A stretch of DNA of 64,000 nt, taken from Thermodesulfobacteriota bacterium (GTDB taxonomy: Bacteria > Desulfobacterota > Desulfarculia > JACQYL01). The position numbers and the translations under genes were made by a program. Below are positions 53,446-63,696 of the stretch, one piece after another. The DNA is taken from contig CAXXLZ010000002.1 of assembly GCA_963675595.2 (NCBI GenBank), positions 3,232,001-3,296,000 on the forward strand, given 5' to 3'. The stretch's first letter is position 1, and the number at the start of each line of letters is the position of its first letter. The notes beneath the pieces are model-generated. The model saw nothing but the letters and a program-made list of their open reading frames with translations, searched no databases and was not told where the DNA came from.

Positions 53446-54909
53446 ATGAAGTCCCTGAAGGCGGGCGTTCTGGCCATGGTCTTTTTGCTTGCGGCAACGG
53501 CGGCTTATGCGGAGTACGGGGGCATCTGGAAGAACGCCGATCAGACCATCAATATCTGGCTTTCCGAACACGATACCCGGGCCATGACCGCGGTCCGCAC
53601 ACCGGACCTGACGGCGTTCGAGTCTTTTCTGGATTCCGATTTCACGAACGGATTCGACGCCATGGAACTGAGCGGTCTGGGCAGCCGCCTGCAAATCACC
53701 TTTACCGGCGATACCACGGCAACGTGTACTTACACACCGTCCGGCGGTTCCCCCGTGGTCGACGAGCTCACCAAGAGCTTCGGGGGGGCTTACTGCGGAT
53801 TCGTGTTTGCCACGGGCGGCTTGTTCAGCGATCCCGAAGGGCTGACCTATCGCCTCACCGCCTCGTCCCCCTTCAACATCGGGGAGTTCAAGGTGGCCAA
53901 CGGCGACGACTTGATCGTGTACGAGGACTCCTTCGTCCGCGTGTACGGAGACAATGCGTATTTTATCGGCCGATACGGCAGCGACACGGTAACCGTCATG
54001 AAAGCGACCGAATTGCAGGCCGACCCCGTGGTTCAATACAGCGTGGGGCCTGAAGACACCATGGGCGATCTGGACCTGCCGACGCCCCAGGCCTCCACCA
54101 ACCCGCACGACATGGTGTTTTTGAGCGAGTCGACGGCTTATATGAGTTTCGCCGGCGCGAGCGCGATTCTGAAGCTCAACCCGCTGACGGGCGAACGCTT
54201 GGCGTTGATCGATGTGTCCGCCTACTGCGAAGGCGACGACGAGTTGCCCGAGGCGAGCCCCATGGCCAAGGTGGGACAATATATCTATGTGGCGCTCAAA
54301 CGGCAGGATCGAAACAACAGTTGGAAACCGGATATTCCCGTGATCATCAAGATTGATACGGAGACGGACACCATCGTGGACCTGGACCCGGTCGCCGAAG
54401 GGGTGCAGGGGATCACCCTGTCGCTACGCAATCCTTCCGCCATGGAATACGTGGAGGCTCGAAACGAGCTGTATTTGTCGTGCACCGGTGACTCCAACGA
54501 TGCCGAAGTACCTTCGGGCGTGCAGATCATCGATGTGCTCACCGACACGGTGAAGGGGGCGATTCTTACCCCGGCGGAAACCGGATATCGAGTGTCCATT
54601 CTTCGGGCCTCCAGTGCATCCAAGGCGTACATCATCGGGTACGATGATTCGGCCGACTGGCCGTGGCCCTATTTCCTCAGCGAGGTGGACCTGAACAGCG
54701 GGCAGGTGGTGGACGACAAGTTTCACTCGGTTGATTACTATATTCCGGACATGGCCCTGGGATGCAAAGACTGCGGTTGCCGGCTGTTCGTCCTGGATCG
54801 ATCGGACGAAGACCCGGGCATCTGGATATTCGAGACTCAGGGGAATACATTGCTCGGTAAGGCGCAAACCATGCTGCCTTTGGCGGGTATGGCGGTGATG
54901 GAGCGCTAG
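53446..54909 (+). CDS. B12-riboswitch-controlled secreted protein: one GIW module plus a YncE/BtuG-like beta-propeller
   Basis: AGGAGG RBS; signal peptide ending AYA; YGGIWKN..; NPHDMVF.S.S.AY, IYVALKRQDR, NPSAM.Y, GVQIID repeats. Confidence 0.75.
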   Translation: MKSLKAGVLAMVFLLAATAAYAEYGGIWKNADQTINIWLSEHDTRAMTAVRTPDLTAFESFLDSDFTNGFDAMELSGLGSRLQITFTGDTTATCTYTPSGGSPVVDELTKSFGGAYCGFVFATGGLFSDPEGLTYRLTASSPFNIGEFKVANGDDLIVYEDSFVRVYGDNAYFIGRYGSDTVTVMKATELQADPVVQYSVGPEDTMGDLDLPTPQASTNPHDMVFLSESTAYMSFAGASAILKLNPLTGERLALIDVSAYCEGDDELPEASPMAKVGQYIYVALKRQDRNNSWKPDIPVIIKIDTETDTIVDLDPVAEGVQGITLSLRNPSAMEYVEARNELYLSCTGDSNDAEVPSGVQIIDVLTDTVKGAILTPAETGYRVSILRASSASKAYIIGYDDSADWPWPYFLSEVDLNSGQVVDDKFHSVDYYIPDMALGCKDCGCRLFVLDRSDEDPGIWIFETQGNTLLGKAQTMLPLAGMAVMER

Positions 54910-55021
54910 GCTGTCATCCGGGCCTCGATTCGCCGGACCGAAGCGGATCGCGGTCCTTCGGAATTCAACAACCGACTTCACGAAATCGGCCGCCGTTGCG
55001 AGACGCGCGGCCGATTTCTTT

Positions 55022-55978
55022 TCAGCCCAGAAAGAAATATCCGGCCCCCACGAGGAACAGCACGGCCATGCGGGCGGCATTGTTGCAGACGATGAGGAGC
55101 ATGGCCTGCCTGGGCTTGAAGATGCTCGTGTAATAGGGCAGTTGGGATCGGATCGCCAAGATCGGCGCTGATACGAAACTGCCGATGATCATGAGCAACA
55201 CCACCTGTTTCGCGGTTAATTCTCCGTTTTCCAGAAGTGCTCCCGCAGCCGCCAACCCCGCGGTGTACTCGCCCGTGAAACGGATCACCAGAACGCTCAC
55301 CGCCTGTGGAGGAAGCCATTCCAACCAGCTTACGCGCTTCAGAAGAACCTGTTCCAGCCATTCGAAAAAACCCAACCGGATCAGTGCGAAGACGGCGACA
55401 TACACGGGCGTTGTGGCGAGGAGAATTCTCTTGATCCTTACCACAAAACGGCTCTTGAAGTTTTCAAACACCTCGCGGCGGGTCGGCCGGGCGGTCTGTT
55501 CGGAGGAGGGGACTTCAACAGGAATCGGGCGGGAGGATCGATTCACGATCCTGCTGATGAGCAGGACCACGGTAAAACGAAGCACGGACCCCAAGTAGGT
55601 GAGGCCCACGTATACGAACGCCGCGGATCCAAGAAAGGAGGCCGTCAGCATGAGCAACATGGGCAGTTCCTGCAACATCAAGGGCAAGGTGTTCAGCATG
55701 TTGGCGAGGACAAGGTCGCGGGTCGTTAATTTCCCTTGTTCGTGGGCTTCAGCGAGCAAGGTATTGGCGGCGATTCCTGAAAAAAAGGCGAAGCACAGAC
55801 TTGCGCCGGCCGTCTGAGTGAGTCTGCCGGCTCGTATCAGGGGACTCGCCAGTTTGGAAATTCGCTGAATCCAGTTCATCGCCTCCATGAAATTGGCCAC
55901 AGCCAGGCTCACGGAGATGAAAAGAACGATCTGGAGGAGGGGCTGGATCAACCCTTCCCGGATTTCATGAAATGTCAT
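55022..55978 (-). CDS. Nucleoside-recognition (Gate) domain membrane protein
   Basis: Polytopic; AFFSGIAANTLLAEAHEQG, R.QLPYY.SIF.P; directly downstream of cobN. Confidence 0.75.
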   Translation of the reverse strand: MTFHEIREGLIQPLLQIVLFISVSLAVANFMEAMNWIQRISKLASPLIRAGRLTQTAGASLCFAFFSGIAANTLLAEAHEQGKLTTRDLVLANMLNTLPLMLQELPMLLMLTASFLGSAAFVYVGLTYLGSVLRFTVVLLISRIVNRSSRPIPVEVPSSEQTARPTRREVFENFKSRFVVRIKRILLATTPVYVAVFALIRLGFFEWLEQVLLKRVSWLEWLPPQAVSVLVIRFTGEYTAGLAAAGALLENGELTAKQVVLLMIIGSFVSAPILAIRSQLPYYTSIFKPRQAMLLIVCNNAARMAVLFLVGAGYFFLG

Positions 55979-56106
55979 GGTGATGGACCGATTGTCGAGG
56001 CGCCTCCGCGTCCCTCTTTGCGGTCGAATTCGCGATGCATGCCGGGCTCGAATCCTTGAACAGGAAATCGGTTCGACCGGGAAATTGAACGGACGGATGG
56101 ACCAGT

Positions 56107-59100
56107 CTATGATTTCTTCGGATTCATCCGCCATTTGGTGTTCCATTTTTCCACGTCGCCCCGAGTCAGAATATTCACTTTGCCCCCTTGGAATTCCTCC
56201 CGCACCTCCCCCATCGTTTCTTCCATATCGCCTTCAATCTCCAAGGCCGTGATTTTCACGGCTTCAAGCAGGTCCCGGTCCGCATCCCACATCCCTCTCG
56301 CCTGCGCCTCCAACAGACGTCGGGTGATCTCCTCAAGGGCGTAAGGATTGTGAGACCGCAACCAGGTCAGGTTTTCCTTATTCAGGATGTATTTCTCCAC
56401 CACGCCGTCGAAGAGCCGCTTGTCCACCTGTTCCGTAACGGCGCTCCATTTGAAGAGATTTCGGACGCCGGAAGAAACGAGTTCGGCTCCTTGGCCGCCG
56501 TGCTCTTTCAGGCCCTCGATCCAGCGGTCGTTCATGAGCTTGGCGCGAAACGCGGCTTCGACGGCGCTTTTCGTATCGTGGATTTTGTTCTTTCCTTGGG
56601 GGGAGGCATCCGCCCAATACAGCTTGGCGGCTTTGCCTCCCAGCGACTTGGCCGCCATGGATACGGCGCCTTGGCAGGTGGCATAGCATCCTTCATCCAA
56701 AAGGTCGTATTCCGGAGAATATTGCTTCATGTAGGAGACGGATACGTTCTTGAGGTGCCCGGCGTAAAGATCATAAGCTTCTACCCCGAAAGCGTCCGGT
56801 TGGCCGGAAGCGCCGTAGGCATGGCCTCCCCAGTTCACGTAGATTTCGGTCAGGTCCTTATGGTCGTTCCAGGCCGAGGCGTCGATGGCCAAATCCACCC
56901 CGATGCCGTAGGAGCCCGGAGGTGAGGAGAATACGCGAAAACCGGCCAGGCGACGAATTCGATCCATGGAATGGGAGGCCCCCATGGTTTCCCGGAGTTC
57001 CCTCATCCGTTCATCGGTATGTTTGCGGACGAAGTTCCACTCGTGGGGCTCGTCGAGGTCCCCGACGAACAGGACCGCGTGATCGAGGATATCGATGAAC
57101 GTGGGCAGCATGTCTCGCACGATTCCGCTTGTCTGGATCAGCACGTCGATTCTGGGACGGGAGATTGCGCTTCCCGTGTGCAGCAGGACCTTGAGCTCGT
57201 CCAGAGGGATGGGCTCCGTCTTCTTGAATCGGCCGTCGGAAGCCCACACGGGTTTCACGCCCATAAGGTACAGAATCTGGCACAGCACCTCGCCGTCGGA
57301 TTTGAAGCCGTCAATGCTCCAGAGGTTGACGGCCACGCTTTCAGGAAAGGTTTTCTCTTCTGTCAGATACTTCGTCAGAAGCGCATCCGCCCTCTGCTTG
57401 CCGATTTCCCAGGCAGCGGGGGTGGGCAGGGCACCGATATCCACGGCGAAGAAGTTACGGTCCGTGGGCAATGCACGGGTCTTTCCCATGAGCAAGGAGC
57501 CGGCCGGTCCCGGTTCGACGTATTTCCCGTCGAGGGCTCGGAGCAGCTGTGGAATCTCGTTCGAACACTCGACAATCCTCTTGTACAGCTCTCTTCCCCA
57601 GGCCTGTATTATGAGAATCTCGGAATCTCTTCCAAGTTGGGACGGCACGTCGCCCGAAAGGATTCGTCCGATTACCCGGCTTTGCACCGCAAAATCATCG
57701 GACCTCGCGTCCTCGAGTTTGCTCACCACACGGCTCAGCTCCGGCAGACCCTCGGGACTCATTCTCAGCATGCCGGTCAGCATCTGAGCAATCTGTGTTG
57801 CGTTCGGTGAGCGACCGAAGACGTGCAATCCCTCGGGAGCGAAGGAATTTCTTGTCAACTCGATCTGTCGAATCCAAAGATCGGCTTTTTCCGGGAGATC
57901 GTCCATGGGGTCGATTTCATCCGTGAACTTCAGCTTTTTCAGAAGGGGTGCCAGGCGTTCCTTGAGGACCTCGGCTCTATCCTCTTCACGGAAGCGGGCG
58001 GCTTTTTGATATTGTTCGAGCAGGTCCGCGAGTTCCTCCGTTTCCCGGTCCGTTTCCGCAGGTCGATAGACGGGGGTCAGATGGTCCACGATCACCGCCC
58101 GGCCCCGTCGCTTGGCCATCAGCCCTTCACCCGGGACATCCATGCAATAGGGATAGATATTGGGCAGGTCCCCAATGGAGATTTCGGGAAAACAGGCGTC
58201 CGACAGGCCGGCGCTCTTGCCCGGCAGGAATTCGAGCGCGCCGTGCGCGCCGAAATGCACCACGGCGTCCGAGTTTTCCTGAATGTACTTATACGCGGCG
58301 ATCCAGTGATGGGGAGGAGCCAGTTGGGGGTCATGAAGGATACGGCAGACCTCGCCGGTGCATTTGGGACCGTAGCAACCGCGCTTGGGTTGTACCATGA
58401 TACGGATGTTGCCGTACTTCAACCCGGTGACCAGGACGTATTCCTTTCCACCTTCGTTCCACGCCATGCCTTGGCCGGGAAAGGCTCCCCAATCTTGAAG
58501 CAGTCGGTCCCGAGCCGAGTCCGGGAGTTCGTCCAGGTAGGACTCATACTCTTCCGCGGAAGTCTTGTGCAGCACTCCGCCTTTGGCGACGATCTCGTCC
58601 ACCGTGGTCCATCGGAATTCCGATATGGCCTTGCGAGTCATGATGGTTCTCTTGAGGCCCTCGCCGGTCAAAGGAACGTCCTCCAGGAAGTAGCCTCGGT
58701 CCTTCATGGCTTTGAGAACCGAAGCGAGGCTTTCGAAGGTGTCCAGACCCACGGCGGAACCGATGGTGGCTTCCACGCTTCTGCATGGAGCGTTGTGCAG
58801 GACGAAGGTGATGCGTTTTTCTTCATTGGGGAGCTTTCGCAATCGAATCCACTTCTCAAGGCGTCGGCAAAGCGATTCCATTCGTTCCTTCACCGCGACA
58901 TATTCTCCTTGGGGGGTGGGCAATCCGGCGGGCGCCTCCGGTTGGACGGCCGTCAAGGTCGGTTCGATGGCTCCGGCTAATTCAGGTTGAACCAGGGAGT
59001 ACACCATGCTGCTCGGCGGCAGGCCGGCCGGGTCCTCGCGCCATGCCCGTTCGCTTCTGTTGTACAGTCGTATGAGCTGAAACAACGGGACATCCAGCTC

Positions 59101-59865
59101 TCTCAGGAGGGACACGTCCTCGGTTTTCGACAGGAGCCGGCCCGCCGTCAAATTCAGTATCGCCTCAGCGGATCCGCTTCGTTGGAAATATTTGAGCCAG
59201 GGATAACGCCTTTCTTTGGGGAGGGCGCCGTCGTACATGCCTTCACAGAACACGCAGATGGGAAGGAATCCGTGGTTTTCAAGGGTCCGGATCAGGGCGT
59301 CGATTTCTCGAGTCTGCCGTTCCACGAGTTGGCCGTAGTAGAAAAGGATTCCCACGACGGATCTACGGCCACGCGGAGGGTGCTCTTGGTCATACCAATC
59401 GAAATAGTCCGAAGTGGATTCAAAGAATTGGGGGGCGTCGGTATGGTAGATTCCGTCCGTGCGCACGCTTTGGACCGCACCCACGGCCCCTTGGAAGCCT
59501 GCGTGCGAGGCGAGGAAGCGAATGCCGTGTCCGAAATTGTCCGCCGAAAGCCTACTCAGATACGCGCGCATTCTTTCCGCATCGTCGCGGGACAGCGTTG
59601 TAAAATCTTTCGGCATTTCGATGCCGTAACCGAAACGAACGGGCACCGCCGTCATCAGTTCGAGGAGTACGTCGAATCCGGGAATTTCTCGGGACAGATC
59701 GGCCGCAACACAATCGACCCCGCCTTCCAACAGGGCCCGGCGAACCGCTTCCCACCCATACTGGCTGAAGGCTCGAAGTTCGATGCCCTCCGAAGAGAGC
59801 GATTCCGACACCGGTTCCCATAAGCGTCGATTGAACATATGGCCTTGAATCAGCAGGATTCTCAT
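56107..59865 (-). CDS. cobN: Cobaltochelatase subunit CobN
   Basis: QPELAGAIEP, QPKRGC, ILHDP..PPHHW, HFGAHGALEFLPGK, AKRRG, LPT.RNF, RPRIDV, SGIVRD, NPYAL. Confidence 0.92.
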   Translation of the reverse strand: MRILLIQGHMFNRRLWEPVSESLSSEGIELRAFSQYGWEAVRRALLEGGVDCVAADLSREIPGFDVLLELMTAVPVRFGYGIEMPKDFTTLSRDDAERMRAYLSRLSADNFGHGIRFLASHAGFQGAVGAVQSVRTDGIYHTDAPQFFESTSDYFDWYDQEHPPRGRRSVVGILFYYGQLVERQTREIDALIRTLENHGFLPICVFCEGMYDGALPKERRYPWLKYFQRSGSAEAILNLTAGRLLSKTEDVSLLRELDVPLFQLIRLYNRSERAWREDPAGLPPSSMVYSLVQPELAGAIEPTLTAVQPEAPAGLPTPQGEYVAVKERMESLCRRLEKWIRLRKLPNEEKRITFVLHNAPCRSVEATIGSAVGLDTFESLASVLKAMKDRGYFLEDVPLTGEGLKRTIMTRKAISEFRWTTVDEIVAKGGVLHKTSAEEYESYLDELPDSARDRLLQDWGAFPGQGMAWNEGGKEYVLVTGLKYGNIRIMVQPKRGCYGPKCTGEVCRILHDPQLAPPHHWIAAYKYIQENSDAVVHFGAHGALEFLPGKSAGLSDACFPEISIGDLPNIYPYCMDVPGEGLMAKRRGRAVIVDHLTPVYRPAETDRETEELADLLEQYQKAARFREEDRAEVLKERLAPLLKKLKFTDEIDPMDDLPEKADLWIRQIELTRNSFAPEGLHVFGRSPNATQIAQMLTGMLRMSPEGLPELSRVVSKLEDARSDDFAVQSRVIGRILSGDVPSQLGRDSEILIIQAWGRELYKRIVECSNEIPQLLRALDGKYVEPGPAGSLLMGKTRALPTDRNFFAVDIGALPTPAAWEIGKQRADALLTKYLTEEKTFPESVAVNLWSIDGFKSDGEVLCQILYLMGVKPVWASDGRFKKTEPIPLDELKVLLHTGSAISRPRIDVLIQTSGIVRDMLPTFIDILDHAVLFVGDLDEPHEWNFVRKHTDERMRELRETMGASHSMDRIRRLAGFRVFSSPPGSYGIGVDLAIDASAWNDHKDLTEIYVNWGGHAYGASGQPDAFGVEAYDLYAGHLKNVSVSYMKQYSPEYDLLDEGCYATCQGAVSMAAKSLGGKAAKLYWADASPQGKNKIHDTKSAVEAAFRAKLMNDRWIEGLKEHGGQGAELVSSGVRNLFKWSAVTEQVDKRLFDGVVEKYILNKENLTWLRSHNPYALEEITRRLLEAQARGMWDADRDLLEAVKITALEIEGDMEETMGEVREEFQGGKVNILTRGDVEKWNTKWRMNPKKS

Positions 59866-59922
59866 GTTCGTCTCCCCGATTGCGGCATAGGACGACCGGA
59901 GTCGTCTCGTCGGCGAATCAAT

Positions 59923-59955
59923 AAAAAAACCCCCTGTCTCGAAAAGACAGGGGGA
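59923..59955 (-). terminator. Riboswitch-associated terminator upstream of cobN
   Basis: CCCCCTGTCT/AGACAGGGGG hairpin with a T7 tract on the minus strand. Confidence 0.8.
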
Positions 59956-60053
59956 TTGCACCCGGTTTCCTTCATCCCCTAAATAGATGAGGGATCTCTC
60001 GGATCCTCAAGAGGCAACGGGAGCCTCACGCTCCCTCACTCTCATCTTATGAA

Positions 60054-60215
60054 ACCGGCAGGTCTTCTGGCTCTCGGATCACCCTAATCCCCGCGCCTTC
60101 CCAACGGATTTTCTCCGACAGTGGCCTCGTGCGGGTTTCGTTCCCGATCACAGCGGCGGGACCGCGACGAATTCACATCGTCTTCCCTATTGTTCCTTCT
60201 TAGAAGGACCGATTC
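60054..60215 (-). promoter_or_regulatory. Cobalamin riboswitch 2 (cobN)
   Basis: Minus strand reads AATAGGGAA...GCGGTCCCGCCGCTGT...GCCACTG...GGGAAGG...AGCCAGAAGACCTGCC. Confidence 0.92.
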
Positions 60216-60372
60216 CGTTGAAAGCTCTATCCAAGAGCGCCGGCGGAGTCAAGTACAATCGCACGAACCGTTTGAAGACCCCGCTTCCCCGGACTATGTT
60301 TCACACGGGAGTCAGGATTAACTATGAATATCGAACTGTTATGGCCTCTTTCGGGAGCGGGGGATTTGTTGG

Positions 60373-60400
60373 TTGACAGCTTTCCCTTTTTCGATATGAT
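60373..60400 (+). promoter_or_regulatory. Sigma-70 promoter for the riboswitch 3 unit
   Basis: TTGACA-16 nt-TATGAT just upstream of the riboswitch. Confidence 0.6.
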
Positions 60401-60412
60401 TGTCTTTACGTT

Positions 60413-60566
60413 AACAGGTGCTCATCCGAGCTGAAAAGGGAATCCCGTGAAAATCGGGAGCGGTCCCGCCGCTGTGATCGGGGATGCGTCCGCTAATGCC
60501 ACTGTCCGGAAAGGACGGGAAGGCGCGGTCGCCGAACAGACCCGAGAGCCAGAAGACCTGCCTGTT
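60413..60566 (+). promoter_or_regulatory. Cobalamin riboswitch 3
   Basis: AAAAGGGAATCCCGTGAAAATCGGGAGCGGTCCCGCCGCTGT...GCCACTG...GGGAAGG...AGCCAGAAGACCTGCC. Confidence 0.93.
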
Positions 60567-60639
60567 GGACCTTCTATAGCAACCCCGCGGTAAGGGTTTC
60601 GTAGTATGACGACGGTTTTTCGGGCAGCTTGAAAAACTT

Positions 60640-60678
60640 GTCGCCTGATCCTTGATCCAGGCGACCGGTTTTTTTTTA
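60640..60678 (+). terminator. Riboswitch-associated terminator
   Basis: GTCGCCTG...CAGGCGAC hairpin followed by a T9 run. Confidence 0.78.
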
Positions 60679-60754
60679 TGCTTGAAAGCCCCCGTCGGCG
60701 AGCCTCGGGTCCGGAAGTCGGATATCGCGGGATATGAAGTGCGGGAGCGTGCGG

Positions 60755-61525
60755 ATGTCCGGCATCCCTCCGGGGGAGGCGACATTTCAAGGGGCGGTGC
60801 TCCTTTATCTTTTCGGGTTCTTCGCGTCGCTTTTCAGAGCTCGGCGCTTGAGCCGGATATCGATCGGTCTGGGATTGTGCTCGAACCTGCTCTCCGCTGG
60901 GGCGAGATATTACAATGCCTGGCCCCTCCTTCCTCTCTTTCAGGGACCTTTTTTCCTTCCGCTGTTTTTCGGTGTATGCTGCACATCCCGCTTCCGGGAC
61001 GACCACCCGAAGGTCCCGCTCTTCAGCGGGGCGTTGGCCTTGATGGGCTTGACGGCCCTCTTCTTTCCCAATGATTTCTATGTTCCGTTCCTTAAATCGA
61101 AGACGATCTTTTCCCACCTGTATTTCGTCTTCGGCGTGGTGGGCCGAGCCTGCTTTTTCATGAGCGCCCTCTGGGCCGTTCTGTTCCTCATCGACAACAA
61201 GAATCAAAACAAAGGCGGAATGGGTCCCGTTTACACTTGGGTTGTCCGGGGATTTGTTTTCTGGACCCTTTCCATGTTTTCAGCGGAAGCCTGGTCGTAC
61301 TTGAGTACCGGATACCCGGTGGTCTGGGAAGATGCTTCCATGACCACGACCATTGCGGCCTGGTTCTATTATGCCTGCTTTCTTCACCTGCATCTTTACG
61401 GGGTCTGGAGCCTGAAGTTCAGGTCCATCTTCGCGGCAATAGGCGCCGTTGTCGTGTTCACGTTTACCAGTTATCCGGAGCTTGGGGCGTTCCGGATTCC
61501 CGAATTCAGATGGGCTCGGTTTTGA
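60755..61525 (+). CDS. Divergent CcsA/ResC-like (cytochrome c assembly family) membrane protein
   Basis: Polytopic; P.LKS..IFSH, GFVFWTLSMFSAEAWSYLSTGYPVVWED...AAWFYYACFLH resemble CcsA with a degenerate WWD motif. Confidence 0.7.
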   Translation: MSGIPPGEATFQGAVLLYLFGFFASLFRARRLSRISIGLGLCSNLLSAGARYYNAWPLLPLFQGPFFLPLFFGVCCTSRFRDDHPKVPLFSGALALMGLTALFFPNDFYVPFLKSKTIFSHLYFVFGVVGRACFFMSALWAVLFLIDNKNQNKGGMGPVYTWVVRGFVFWTLSMFSAEAWSYLSTGYPVVWEDASMTTTIAAWFYYACFLHLHLYGVWSLKFRSIFAAIGAVVVFTFTSYPELGAFRIPEFRWARF

Positions 61526-61820
61526 CTCGTATTTGGGACTTCTGGTGCAGCGTCCGACTGACGGTGCTGTTGCTTTTTTTGATTATGATCGATCTTTGGA
61601 TCGGTTATTTCGTGCTCGAATCTCACAAGAGTTATTTTGTTCCGCTTAATCAACTCGGATTGACGGAGTGGGCCGGTACGTATGGTATTACGCATCCCTT
61701 GATCACGAGTTGGTTTTTTGTTCTTGTTTTTCTACTGGCCTCTTTGGGGTTAAATACGTTTGTTTGCACCACCGACAAGCTGATTTCATTACTTCGTGCA
61801 TATTCATCGTTTCCAAGCTT

Positions 61821-63696
61821 GATGCCGTCGTAAGAACCCCCCTTTACGAACAGGGCTGTTTTTTGGAGCATTGGAAGTTCAAGCGGCCATTGCAACACTG
61901 CCAAGGTTACTGTCATCGTGACATAGGCTACAAAGACGACGGAAATTATCGTTGCTGCCTCCCTCTATCGAGTTGGAAAGGGCCTTCTTGGCCTTATCAA
62001 GGCGGCTCTGGACGAACCTCTTGATGTTGATGGCCAGGGCCTTCATGAAAACAGATAAGGTGACCCGTTTTTTGCCTCGGGTCCACGATCGTTTCAATCC
62101 CGTGACCCGATCCGCTTCGGAGATGGTGGCCTCGATGCCGGACCGGATTTTGTAGCGTTCTTTGAAATCATGGCTTTCCTGCTGTAGTCTGCGCTTGGAG
62201 GTCGCCATGTCCTTGCGCTTGTACTTCAGTCGATAATTTCCGCCCTTGATCCGTTTTACCGGACAGATGGGGAGAAATTCGCATAGGAGACAGTGCTCGC
62301 GGGAAAACACGGCTTCCACCGCTTTGCCGCGGTCAACGATCTTGCATTCAAGTGGCGCGTGCCCCCGGATACAGTAAACGACCTGGGTGCAGTCCTCGTT
62401 CGTTTCAAAGTCACTCAACTGCATCTTATTGAGATCCGGCGCTTTTCCGCAAGTCACCGGAGCGGTAAGCTCGACTCCGTGCTCGTGAGCTTGAAGGATG
62501 TTCTCGCCGCTGCCGTAGCCTGCGTCGGCGAACAACTCTTCGGGTTTGCGGCCCGTTTCCTCCAGGCGTTCGATAACGGGCATCACGTCTTTCTGGTCGC
62601 TGTCATAGGAAGGGGCCACGTCCACATCGGTGATCACCTGGAAGGGATTTTCCTTCACGCAGGTCTCCGTGAGGGAAGCCTTATATCCTTTGCCCTTGCG
62701 CCCATAGGTGGCGTCGGGATCCGAAGGATTCTGCAGGGAGTCCGCAGGGATTTCCTTGGGCTTCTCGAGTTCTGTTTTGTCGGGATCTCCCTCGGTGAAA
62801 CGGCATTGCTCCGACAGTAGTCGGGCCATCAGCCGGTATTCTTTCATTCGGCTGATTTCCGGATGACCTCGGAAGCGGTCCACCAGGTCGGCGAGATGGC
62901 GGGCGGACTTGTCCAGACGACGCTTGGCCCGCGATGATTTTGCATCGGCAAAATAGCCTGCGCGCTTCAAGTAGGCCTTGTCGTAAAGTCGGGGCAGTTT
63001 CTCATACAACTTGGGATGTTTCTTATGGAGCCGTTTCAAGAACGCCTCGATGGTGCGCGTAAAGAGCCCCAGACGGCTCAGATGAGCCATGTTGGAAGTG
63101 ATCTGTGTGGAGTCCAACCGCTGTTTGTCCGTGCTAAGGGCCGCCGTCTCGATGATGGCGTCCGTGATTCCGGTAAAGAGGCTCCGCGCTTGCTTGTTGT
63201 CGGTAATCAAGGTCCGGAAATTGTGCAGGGTCTTCTGGCAGACGTGAGATTCAAAGGCGTTGATGTTGAAGGCATATTGCCAACGCAGATCGAAGTCCAG
63301 AGCGCCCAAGACTTCCGCATCGGTCAGGCTGTTCATTTCCTTCAAAACACACGCTCCGACAAGGATGGCCACGGGTCTGTTGGGCCTGCCGTTGTCCTCA
63401 CAGTAGAAAGGCCGGAAAGACTCCTCATCGATCATGGGAAGCACCAGGCGCCGGAACGGACCGGCCCACGTCTTCTCCAACGCCTCGATCCTGTCTGCGG
63501 GAAGGCAAATATCGTGGTCGAAAATGGTCTTTTGCGTTCTCTTAGGCCGAAACAAAACAACCCCCCTAAGGACCATATTATTAATCAAGTCAGATACTTA
63601 TCATACAGGACCCAAAAGAAAGGTCAACCCATAAATGCCATTTTTATTCATATTTTCAACTAGATACCTTTACGGAGAGGTTTTTACGAACTCATC
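61821..63696 (-). mobile_element. IS1182/IS5-like insertion sequence
   Basis: IRs GATGCCGTCGTAAGAACC / GGTTTTTACGAACTCATC; AAGCTT target duplication (61815-61820, 63697-63702). Confidence 0.88.
61879..63576 (-). CDS. DDE transposase (IS1182-like)
   Basis: GRPNRPV, RLDSTQI, LQNPSDPDATY, GYK, ADAGY, YKIRSGIEATISE. Start is approximate. Confidence 0.88.
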   Translation of the reverse strand: MVLRGVVLFRPKRTQKTIFDHDICLPADRIEALEKTWAGPFRRLVLPMIDEESFRPFYCEDNGRPNRPVAILVGACVLKEMNSLTDAEVLGALDFDLRWQYAFNINAFESHVCQKTLHNFRTLITDNKQARSLFTGITDAIIETAALSTDKQRLDSTQITSNMAHLSRLGLFTRTIEAFLKRLHKKHPKLYEKLPRLYDKAYLKRAGYFADAKSSRAKRRLDKSARHLADLVDRFRGHPEISRMKEYRLMARLLSEQCRFTEGDPDKTELEKPKEIPADSLQNPSDPDATYGRKGKGYKASLTETCVKENPFQVITDVDVAPSYDSDQKDVMPVIERLEETGRKPEELFADAGYGSGENILQAHEHGVELTAPVTCGKAPDLNKMQLSDFETNEDCTQVVYCIRGHAPLECKIVDRGKAVEAVFSREHCLLCEFLPICPVKRIKGGNYRLKYKRKDMATSKRRLQQESHDFKERYKIRSGIEATISEADRVTGLKRSWTRGKKRVTLSVFMKALAINIKRFVQSRLDKAKKALSNSIEGGSNDNFRRLCSLCHDDSNLGSVAMAA

